32,000 nt of DNA, taken from NCBI GenBank assembly GCA_023259055.1, contig JAHFQZ010000001.1, positions 575,931 to 607,930 on the forward strand, written 5' to 3'. Below the pieces are notes generated by a model. It saw nothing but the letters and a program-made list of their open reading frames with translations. It had not been told where the DNA came from and ran no database searches. Numbering within the stretch: position 1 is the stretch's first letter; each line of letters opens with the position of its first letter. Below, piece after piece: positions 14,991 through 22,445 of the stretch. The translations under genes and the position numbers were made by a program. Origin of the DNA: Nitrosomonadales bacterium. Lineage in GTDB: Bacteria > Pseudomonadota > Gammaproteobacteria > Burkholderiales > Gallionellaceae.

Positions 14991-16265
14991 TCAATTAAAC
15001 CCTGCGCCGATTGAGATGGTCACAAAAGTACCCATGAAATTTTTGTTATTGCCCACGACCAGCCCCACACCCGGCAAGTTGATGCGATTGATAAAATAGT
15101 AGGCGCCGACACCGTAAGCGGTGTAGTAATTTCCCGTTCCTGCGAAGAACGGTTTATAGGTTCCGTAGTCCACGAACGGTGCAACAGTGACCGTGCCGTG
15201 CCCCCAATGCGCGATGGGAATCTGATAGTCTATCGACCCAGTTGCCATCTGGCGCGCCCAAAGGCCCGAGGGTTGAATGCCGCGGAACCCCCTGCTTCGT
15301 CCATAAGTGGCCACATCACCGATGCCGACAACCGATGATTGAGACGAGGCCTGCACGCCAAACTGTAGGGCATGCTTTCCGAACATCAGTTGATCCCATT
15401 CAAACCGTGTGGTCGCACTGGAAATCCTGTCCAGGCCATCGGTCCTGTGCACCTGACGGTTCCAGGCAATGTCCGCGGAGAACCCGTTATTGTAGAAGAG
15501 CTTGTAGTCAGAGTTCGAATAGGACAGTCGGGCACCAACGCCCCTGGATGCATAGTCAGCGGGGTGCGGGAAGGCATTTATCTGCAAGTATTGTTTGTTG
15601 GAATAGTTTAGAGATACGGAACAGGTGATGAACGGCGTTACCCGGTACCCCGGCGATAGCTGAACCCCGGTCTCTTTCTTCTCATAGGCATAGATCGTCG
15701 AAGTGCGATTGTAGGCATCAAGTTCAGTCGACGACCGGCTGGCTACTGCACCAAAAGTAAAATCGGTGAACATGACCCAGGGATCGCGATACATCAGCGA
15801 AAAGGTGTTGCCCTCGGTCGACACTGCCCCTCCCACTCCAACTACTTTGCCGATGCCGAGAAAGTTCGACTCAAAGAGAAACACGCCGACCGATCGCTTT
15901 CCGTTGCTTGCATACACCGAGGGCATCGGAATCAGGGTCCAGCGGTCGGACAGTGTTACTTTTATCTCCGGCTGCGTTACCTCAACATCCACGGACTCGA
16001 AAACCCTGGCATTTTTGATACATTGGCCCAAGGCCGCCCGATCTACGGACTCCCACGACCTGTAGTCCCCTTTTTCGAGGCAATATTTGACCAATGATTC
16101 GACATAGCGTGGTTTTGTCCTCTTCGCTCCTTCCAGCGAGACGGTCACTTCGCCCAGATACTTGTTGTTGATCGCGGCGGATGACTCCAGAGGTACGATC
16201 AGCAGGACAGTTATCGCGATCATGAGCAACGCACGACTGACACGAACGAGCAAAGGTTGTTTCAT
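14991..16265 (-). CDS. Omp85/BamA-family outer-membrane beta-barrel with a single POTRA-like domain
   Basis: 424 aa. Signal peptide (LIVPLESSAA). POTRA-like N-domain ending EIKVTLSDRWTL. L6-loop RGF motif (GRSRGFRG). Terminal beta-signal FVTISIGAGFN. Confidence 0.75.
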   Translation of the reverse strand: MKQPLLVRVSRALLMIAITVLLIVPLESSAAINNKYLGEVTVSLEGAKRTKPRYVESLVKYCLEKGDYRSWESVDRAALGQCIKNARVFESVDVEVTQPEIKVTLSDRWTLIPMPSVYASNGKRSVGVFLFESNFLGIGKVVGVGGAVSTEGNTFSLMYRDPWVMFTDFTFGAVASRSSTELDAYNRTSTIYAYEKKETGVQLSPGYRVTPFITCSVSLNYSNKQYLQINAFPHPADYASRGVGARLSYSNSDYKLFYNNGFSADIAWNRQVHRTDGLDRISSATTRFEWDQLMFGKHALQFGVQASSQSSVVGIGDVATYGRSRGFRGIQPSGLWARQMATGSIDYQIPIAHWGHGTVTVAPFVDYGTYKPFFAGTGNYYTAYGVGAYYFINRINLPGVGLVVGNNKNFMGTFVTISIGAGFN

Positions 16266-16286
16266 ACGGCAGTCACACTAATTCAG

Positions 16287-17012
16287 TCAGATGGCTATTT
16301 GTTTCACCAACACGTCGACACGTATTGGCATGTGAAAAGTCGCTCCTTCTTGAGCCATGTACCCGTTGAATTTTGAACGTACTTTTTCGAAAGTCTCAGC
16401 AGATAATTTATGCTCGGTGTGGGTTACTTTAAGCACTTGTTCTTCGAACTGTCCGAAGTTTACAAAGTGCATCGGTTGCAGGAAAAATTTCTGTGTCACA
16501 AGCGCCAATCGTCCCGAAGCAACCGTTCGCTTCTCGGCAGCGAAAGCTGCTTCGCGTACCGCTTTTTCGTCGTGGAATAGCTTCAGGACTTCGTTGAAGT
16601 CTCCTGCATAAACCGGTTCCGAGATATAGGCAACGCCACCCGGTTTCAGAACCCGCTGAATCTCGGAGAAGGCGCTGTCCATCAGTTCAGTCGGCACGTG
16701 ATGCAGGGATTTGAACATCAGGACGATATCGAAATTCGAATCAGTCGCTGGAATCTTTTCTGCTCCGCCATGCGCGAAGCGTACATTGGGCAAATCGGTA
16801 ATGCCGAGGTTCTTCGCGAGCTGTGTTTCATCGACTTCCAGAGCCAGCACCGAGGATGCCTTTTGGGCGACGAGGCGGGTCTTTTCAGCCTTGCCACATC
16901 CCAGTTCCAGTGCCACTGCGCCTTTCAAATGCAAGAGTTCATCAATAATATCCGCCTCGTTCGCCACGAAGTTGGCTTCTGGATTGGATATGCGCATTTC
17001 AGTCATATTCAT
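16287..17012 (-). CDS. Class I SAM-dependent methyltransferase
   Basis: 241 aa from ATG 17012 (ORF-track start 17252 trimmed because the extension overlaps the upstream gene). Motif I ALELGCGKA; post-I/II DIVLMFKSLHHV; LKPGGVAYISE. 21 bp upstream of the Omp85 gene. Confidence 0.75.
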   Translation of the reverse strand: MNMTEMRISNPEANFVANEADIIDELLHLKGAVALELGCGKAEKTRLVAQKASSVLALEVDETQLAKNLGITDLPNVRFAHGGAEKIPATDSNFDIVLMFKSLHHVPTELMDSAFSEIQRVLKPGGVAYISEPVYAGDFNEVLKLFHDEKAVREAAFAAEKRTVASGRLALVTQKFFLQPMHFVNFGQFEEQVLKVTHTEHKLSAETFEKVRSKFNGYMAQEGATFHMPIRVDVLVKQIAI

Positions 17013-17083
17013 TTTGTTCGTTGTTGTTCCAGGCGTATACGTTTTGTAACTGAGCGAGACCCGAGAAAACCTGTTGTTTCGGC

Positions 17084-17104
17084 TGACGTGTGACGTGTGA
17101 CGTA
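17084..17104. repeat. Tandem heptamer TGACGTG x2 + TGACGTA
   Basis: TGACGTGTGACGTGTGACGTA lies 72-92 bp upstream of the methyltransferase start on the minus strand. Possible operator or promoter element. Confidence 0.5.
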
Positions 17105-17156
17105 CACCGGGTTTCAAAGATTGCCGTGGCGACCTCGGCTGCTTATCGGGAAATGG

Positions 17157-17181
17157 GGATGCGCCGTATATCGGCGCATCC
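17157..17181 (-). terminator. Strong hairpin directly after the Ala/Pro-rich gene
   Basis: GGATGCGCCG-TATAT-CGGCGCATCC: perfect 10-bp GC-rich stem, 10 nt after the stop codon (17192-17194). Only a weak U-tract on the transcribed strand (CCCCAUUUCCC). Confidence 0.4.
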
Positions 17182-17191
17182 GGTCTTGGCG

Positions 17192-17707
17192 CTATTTCTT
17201 CATTTTCATCCACAGAAAAGCGCTCGCTGCAATAACTACGCCGAGCAGCCACAGCCAGTATTTTTCCAGGAAGCCAGGTGCGGCTTCTTGTTGAACGGGC
17301 ACGGCGATCTCAGGGGCCGGAGCAGGTTCTGGCGGAGCAGCTGCCGGTGCTGCTTGTTGCACAACCGGAGCTGGCGCTGCTACGGGTTTAGGTGCTGCTA
17401 CGGGTGCCGGCTCCACAACTTTGGGAGCGATCTTGGCTTTTGCAGCTTTCTTCTTGGCCTTTTTGACTGCCAGCTTGGGCGCAGGCTGTTCGGCCATCGC
17501 AACAGGGGCGGAAGCCTGCTGTTCTGCGACTTCAGAGGATGGTGCCGCTGCAGGTGCAGGCTCAGATGTGGTTACCTGTTCGGTAACCGTTGTTGACTGC
17601 GCAGGTTCGGCGACAGGCGCCTCTTTCGGTTTAGACGCGCAAGCCGATAAAACAAGCACTGAAAAAAACAGGACTAGAGATAAAACAAATTTGTTCATTC
17701 TTGCCAT
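17192..17707 (-). CDS. Ala/Pro-rich low-complexity protein with N-terminal lipobox and C-terminal TM anchor
   Basis: 171 aa from ATG 17707 (AAGGAG SD). Signal plus lipobox VLVLSAC. About 120 aa of A/P/E/K-rich sequence including a KKAKKKAAKAK patch. C-terminal YWLWLLGVVIAASAFLWMKMKK. Confidence 0.7.
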   Translation of the reverse strand: MARMNKFVLSLVLFFSVLVLSACASKPKEAPVAEPAQSTTVTEQVTTSEPAPAAAPSSEVAEQQASAPVAMAEQPAPKLAVKKAKKKAAKAKIAPKVVEPAPVAAPKPVAAPAPVVQQAAPAAAPPEPAPAPEIAVPVQQEAAPGFLEKYWLWLLGVVIAASAFLWMKMKK

Positions 17708-17810
17708 GGTGCTCTCCTTGGTGATGGTTGAGGAAATGTGACTCGGGAAGAAAGGTAACATGTTAATGGTATTTCGTTCGCAGTAAAATTTCTGCTTTTA
17801 CAAAATCCCA

Positions 17811-20450
17811 TCATGGTTTGACGGCGACTTCACCGGACGGAAGACTCTCACCCGATACGGTTACCGCTGTCACGACATAGTAGTACCAGATGCCGGTGGT
17901 GAGGGCGAGATGGGTATACGGCGACGTGGCATTGGATATCTTCGTGCTGTTGGCAGTGGTGGAGACTCCGGCTTTGTTCGACCAATAGATGTTGTATGAC
18001 GTGGCGCCGATCACGGCATTCCAGCTGATGGATGCCTGGTTTACTCCTGCAGTGGCTGCAACTCCGCCGGGAACAGGAACATTGGATGTGCTGAAAGCCT
18101 CCACGGTTGTCAGAGAATAACCGCCGTCGTTGGCGTCTAGCCACGCTTGGGTTAATGCTGGCGCGGGCGGCAACCCCGGCGGCGGCGGTGGGCTTGCCGT
18201 AAACTGGCCGTCACGGCTTCCCGCGATGGCGTAGATCACTCCATCTACAACGGAAGCATCAAAGTCATCGCGTATGGTCGGCATCGAGGTTTTCGTCGTC
18301 CAATTATTTTGGACAGGATCGTACGCTTCCACAATGGTGGTGCAACAAGGCGTCCTTGCATAATCATTAAAGCCATTAATGTCGCCGCCGATGGCGTAAA
18401 TAACGCCGTTCACCACGGAAAAACCGAAGTCGTCGCGCGCGGTCGGCATCGGGGCCAGCAGCGCGCCGGCTGTTCCTGCTGCTATCGTGGCGGCGGTTGA
18501 GGGGACTGTTGTCGACCATGTGTTTGACACCGGGTCGTACACCTCCACAACAGAAAGCTCCGGCCATCCGCCCCACCCGCCAATCGCGTAGATCAGGCCA
18601 TTCACCACGGAGACGGTCGACCCCCAGCGCGGAGTCGGCATCGTTGCTTTCGTCGTCCAGGTGTTTGCCACCGGGTCATACGCCTCCACAGTACCGTAGT
18701 AGATATTTTTGCCGGTGCCGTAATAAATATTGTATGAGCCCGCGGTCGCTACCGGCGCCCAGCTTAAGGTCACCTGCCCGCTTCCCCCCGTTATGCTGAC
18801 TCCCGACGGTACGGATGCGGCAGGAGCGGCTTGCGGCGTAACGGACACCTCGTTTGATGCCGCAGTCTCGACTCCACCAACCACCGCGGTGACGATAAAG
18901 TAATACACAGTGGTGTTGGTCAGGCCGGTCACGGTGTTCGTTGTCGTTGGAGCAACGATCCCTGTCGCTTTCGTCGGGCTCGATATCGTTACCCCCGATT
19001 TGGTGCTGTAGTAAATGTTATATGAGGTCGCTCCCGTTACAGCAGTCCAACTAATGGTTGCCTGCCCGTCCCCCGCCGCAGTGCTCAGTCCGGCTGGTAT
19101 CGCTCCCGCCGCATAAGAAGCCTGCGGCGTGGCGGAAACTTCAAACGAATCTGCGCTCTCAATGCCGGTGGTAGCATCAACTGCAGTGACGATGAAGTAA
19201 TAGGTCTTCCCGTTAGCAAGGCCGGTAATGGTCGTGCCGGCTGGAGTGACAACCGGAGCGGTACTTGTCGCACCGGTGATTTTTGTTGTCCAGTCTGCTG
19301 GAGCTTTGGTTATGCCGCCCGGGACACGCACCGCTCCGCCGACGGCATAGATAATCCCGTCGACCAACGCAACATCGAACCCCCAGCGCCCTGTAGGAAA
19401 ATCAGCCAGCGGCACACCAGCCGTTCCCGCTGCCGTTGTAGCGGCAGTCGATGGAACTGTTGATGACCAGATGTTCGTCGTTGGGTTGTATACCGCTATC
19501 GGGTAGATCGGGCCTTGGCCGTTGACTTGGCTGGTGCCACCGATGAGATAGATCACGCCGTTTACTGCCGCAGCGGCCGGTCCATACCGGTAAGCCAGCG
19601 GGGTTACAGCAGGGGGCGTCCATGCCGGCATGGGCGCTTTTGTCGCCCACGAGTCTGTCGCCGGGTCATAGGCCTCCATTGAGTCGAGAACTCCGACGCC
19701 GGCCGGAGCGCCTCCCATGACATAAATAATGCCATTCAACACGGCGTTGGCCGCGTTATCGCGCTGATTCGCCATTGGGGTTTTCGTCGTCCAGACGCCG
19801 GGGGGAACCTGTGGCGTGGCATTCACCTCGCTGGATACCGCGCTTTCGCCTCCCGCATTCACCGCCGTCACCACAAAGTAATACGCCGTCCCATTCGCAA
19901 GACCCGTGATCGGAAAGCCGGAAGCTGCCAAAGATTCTTTCGTTCCATTGACAGCCGTGACACCGGGGGTGGTGCTGTAGTAGACGTTATAGGAAGTCGC
20001 GCCGGAAACAGCCGTCCAGATTACCTTCACCTGCGCATTTCCTGCGGTGGCGCCAACTCCCGTGGGTGCTCCCGCCGCTGGCACCTGCGGCGTCGCGTTT
20101 ACTTCGATGGATATCGCACTCTCACCGCCAGCGTTCACCGCCGTCACGACGAAGTAATATGTCGCCCCGTTTATCAGGCCGATGATTGCACCGCCGGATG
20201 TCGCGCCGGTAATCTTTGTCCCGTTCGCAATCGTAACGCCGGCGGTGGTGCGGTAGTAGACGTTATAGGATGTCGCGCCGGAAACGGCTGCCCAGCTAAG
20301 CTGGATTTGGGTGTCGCCTATTACAGCAGTTACACCAACAGGGGCTGAAGGAGCGGTTGCTGTCGGAGTGCTGGCGGTGTAACCACCGCCTCCGCAGGCG
20401 CTGATAAACAGTGTTGCTACTAAAGCCAATAACAAAATCACTGGTCTCAT
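17811..20450 (-). CDS. Large lipoprotein with interleaved fibronectin type III and Kelch repeats
   Basis: 879 aa from ATG 20450 (ORF-track start 20567 trimmed). Lipobox LFISACGGGG. Repeated FN3 signatures (SW..V.GATSYN[VI]YY ... YYF[VI]VTAV ... ATPQ). Six Kelch blades (NG[IV]IY..GG ... VEAYDP..N.W). Confidence 0.8.
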   Translation of the reverse strand: MRPVILLLALVATLFISACGGGGYTASTPTATAPSAPVGVTAVIGDTQIQLSWAAVSGATSYNVYYRTTAGVTIANGTKITGATSGGAIIGLINGATYYFVVTAVNAGGESAISIEVNATPQVPAAGAPTGVGATAGNAQVKVIWTAVSGATSYNVYYSTTPGVTAVNGTKESLAASGFPITGLANGTAYYFVVTAVNAGGESAVSSEVNATPQVPPGVWTTKTPMANQRDNAANAVLNGIIYVMGGAPAGVGVLDSMEAYDPATDSWATKAPMPAWTPPAVTPLAYRYGPAAAAVNGVIYLIGGTSQVNGQGPIYPIAVYNPTTNIWSSTVPSTAATTAAGTAGVPLADFPTGRWGFDVALVDGIIYAVGGAVRVPGGITKAPADWTTKITGATSTAPVVTPAGTTITGLANGKTYYFIVTAVDATTGIESADSFEVSATPQASYAAGAIPAGLSTAAGDGQATISWTAVTGATSYNIYYSTKSGVTISSPTKATGIVAPTTTNTVTGLTNTTVYYFIVTAVVGGVETAASNEVSVTPQAAPAASVPSGVSITGGSGQVTLSWAPVATAGSYNIYYGTGKNIYYGTVEAYDPVANTWTTKATMPTPRWGSTVSVVNGLIYAIGGWGGWPELSVVEVYDPVSNTWSTTVPSTAATIAAGTAGALLAPMPTARDDFGFSVVNGVIYAIGGDINGFNDYARTPCCTTIVEAYDPVQNNWTTKTSMPTIRDDFDASVVDGVIYAIAGSRDGQFTASPPPPPGLPPAPALTQAWLDANDGGYSLTTVEAFSTSNVPVPGGVAATAGVNQASISWNAVIGATSYNIYWSNKAGVSTTANSTKISNATSPYTHLALTTGIWYYYVVTAVTVSGESLPSGEVAVKP

Positions 20451-20761
20451 TGGCACCACCAGATTTTTGAATTGAGCTTCATTGCTTTCACAGATTCCTG
20501 ACCTGGATGGCAAACCACCAAATAATTTCAACAGTGGCTGTGCCCTTGGGGGCGGTATCGTTAACATTTCCCTATGAGTACTTGCAACGCGGCAGCAAGA
20601 GACGGAGCACTGTCTATGCGAAGTCCGTGCTTACCAGCAGATCAACAGCAACTCCTGAAAGGCTAACTTTTTTTGGAAGAACCGGCATCGCTGACGGTGC
20701 CTGCTCCCACAAGCACAGATGAGCCACAAATTTCAAATCAGGCCTGGTACTTTTCTCTTTC

Positions 20762-20920
20762 TTATTTTTGCTTTGAAACATCAGTTCCCAGCTCACTCTG
20801 TGCTTTTTCAGCGCGGCTTCGTTGCGCATCAGAATTATCACTAGCTACGGGCGCGCTGCCGCAACCTGCAACGCTTGAAATAACTATAGCCGACAACAGC
20901 AAATGGATAAATTTATTCAT
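20762..20920 (-). CDS. Small hypothetical lipoprotein
   Basis: 52 aa from ATG 20920 (AGGAGA SD). MNKFIHLLLSAIVISSVAGCGS lipobox. Charged tail. Confidence 0.5.
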   Translation of the reverse strand: MNKFIHLLLSAIVISSVAGCGSAPVASDNSDAQRSRAEKAQSELGTDVSKQK

Positions 20921-21086
20921 AACATTTTCTCCTGAATTGATAGTGATAACAGCCACAGTGCAACAAGTCCTACCCAAACACAAATCATCTTTAACGATTG
21001 CAGCCCAGACAGAATGCAATCACATCCGGGGCAACCTTCTGAAGATAAACCGATGCCCAGGATGAACTGGTTAAATCGGCGTTTTC

Positions 21087-22376
21087 CTAAGGTGTAGGTG
21101 GCGGCTTATTGTCGCCCGATGCTACAGTTTTGTCGATGCTGTAATAAAGCTTGCGATTGGTGTTGACCGTGGGCAGATAACCCCTGGTTTCTTCGTATGG
21201 AAGCTTTTCGCGCAGCGTCTGAAATACTTGCGCCGGGCTCAGGTTGTTGATTCGCTGAAAACCTTCATCGAAACGCTGCTTGCCTTTGGCGTCGGTAAAG
21301 GCGCGCATCACATTGCTCGGCCCGGTGTTGTAGGCGGAAATAACGCAGTAATCACGCGATGTACGGTCGCCCACTTTATCCAGTTGGTCGAAGGTGAGGA
21401 CGCTCAGATAGGCAGCACCCAGCTCGATGTTGTTTTCCGGATCAAGCAAATAGTTTGTGGAGGGAGCGACATCCTGGTTTTTTGCGCGACGGTATGCTTC
21501 ACGCCCGCCACTGGTGGGAACCAGTTGCATCAGCCCGTAGGCAGGAGCTCCGCTGACCGCATGCGGATTGAAGCTGCTTTCGCTTTTTATGACGCCGAGC
21601 ACCAGGCTGGGGCTGACATTGTATTGCTTGGCATACTTGCGCACATGCTGGAGATATTTTTGCGCCTTTTTATCCTCGAAGTTCGCAACCATCGCGAATG
21701 AGACAAAGCGCACGGGTTTATCGCCGTTTTCGGTCTGGATCGTGCGCGTCTTGGCTGTCGGCAGTATTTTGTCGGCGAAACTGGCGGCCGCATCCTGAGT
21801 TGCAATTTCCTGCCCGGCATCGTTCAAAACCAGGCCCAGTAGAAACGGGGCGCTCTTGCTGTTTGTTTTGACGGCGCTGTCGGAAAATACATCAACCGAA
21901 GCGGGGTCTTCAGGTGTCAGCAGCGTGGAGATGATGGCGTTTTTCAGGCTGGCGTCGGCATTCTCCTCGAGCGTTTCAATGCTGATTTCGCCTTGCTCAA
22001 AATTCACGATAGCGCGGCTTTTGTATTGCTTGGTGTATTTGACGTAGGTTTTGCTCTCCGGCAATCGTATTTCTTTCTTGCCCCATTTCTTTTTCACGTT
22101 ACCGGACAAAGCTTCCTGCAGTTTTTCGTAATCTCGCTTTGCCTCGCGCAGGTCACGGACCAATTGGAGAGGGTCGTCTTTCCAAACTTCACGCTTGGCT
22201 TCGAGCATGGACTTTGCCGTGGCTTTGGCGTCTTTGCTGGTGGCAACCTTGATAAGGTTTTTGCCGCTGCTGCTGTTTGCTACGTTTAACAGGCTATCCA
22301 GCTTTGCATCTCCCTGCGAAGTGCAGGAAGAAAGCAGCAGCAGAAAAGGGATAGCAAATAATATTTTTTTATTCAT
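21087..22376 (-). CDS. Membrane-bound lytic murein transglycosylase (MltC-like lipoprotein, SLT domain)
   Basis: 429 aa from ATG 22376 (GAGGG SD). Lipobox LLLSSCTS. Catalytic block VIKSESSFNPHAVSGAPAYGLMQLVP and AYNTGPSNV. Confidence 0.8.
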   Translation of the reverse strand: MNKKILFAIPFLLLLSSCTSQGDAKLDSLLNVANSSSGKNLIKVATSKDAKATAKSMLEAKREVWKDDPLQLVRDLREAKRDYEKLQEALSGNVKKKWGKKEIRLPESKTYVKYTKQYKSRAIVNFEQGEISIETLEENADASLKNAIISTLLTPEDPASVDVFSDSAVKTNSKSAPFLLGLVLNDAGQEIATQDAAASFADKILPTAKTRTIQTENGDKPVRFVSFAMVANFEDKKAQKYLQHVRKYAKQYNVSPSLVLGVIKSESSFNPHAVSGAPAYGLMQLVPTSGGREAYRRAKNQDVAPSTNYLLDPENNIELGAAYLSVLTFDQLDKVGDRTSRDYCVISAYNTGPSNVMRAFTDAKGKQRFDEGFQRINNLSPAQVFQTLREKLPYEETRGYLPTVNTNRKLYYSIDKTVASGDNKPPPTP

Positions 22377-22445
22377 GGCGCCCTCGTGAATTTTTTGCAT
22401 TTTGCAATACAGCAATTCATCCCAGCTAATTAATTATAAAAACCA

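Noticed and set aside
16287-17252. Long N-terminal extensions offered by the ORF track (methyltransferase to 17252, Kelch protein to 20567, argH to 1618, hemC from 25141, SDR from 30383, MltC-like to 22415)
   Set aside because: The extensions overlap neighbouring genes or promoters and lack homology. Internal ATGs are preceded by SD sequences and give canonical N-termini or signal peptides.
17192-17281. PGF followed by a TM helix and a basic tail (APGFLEKYWLWLLGVVIAASAFLWMKMKK), reminiscent of PGF-CTERM/PEP-CTERM sorting signals
   Set aside because: The PGF is separated from the helix by charged residues (LEKY), PGF-CTERM is archaeal, and no exosortase or archaeosortase gene is nearby. It is treated as a plain C-terminal anchor.
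20451-20456. TGGCAC next to the start of the FN3/Kelch gene, suggesting a sigma54 -24 element
   Set aside because: It is on the wrong strand relative to the gene, and no TTGC -12 element lies at the required spacing.
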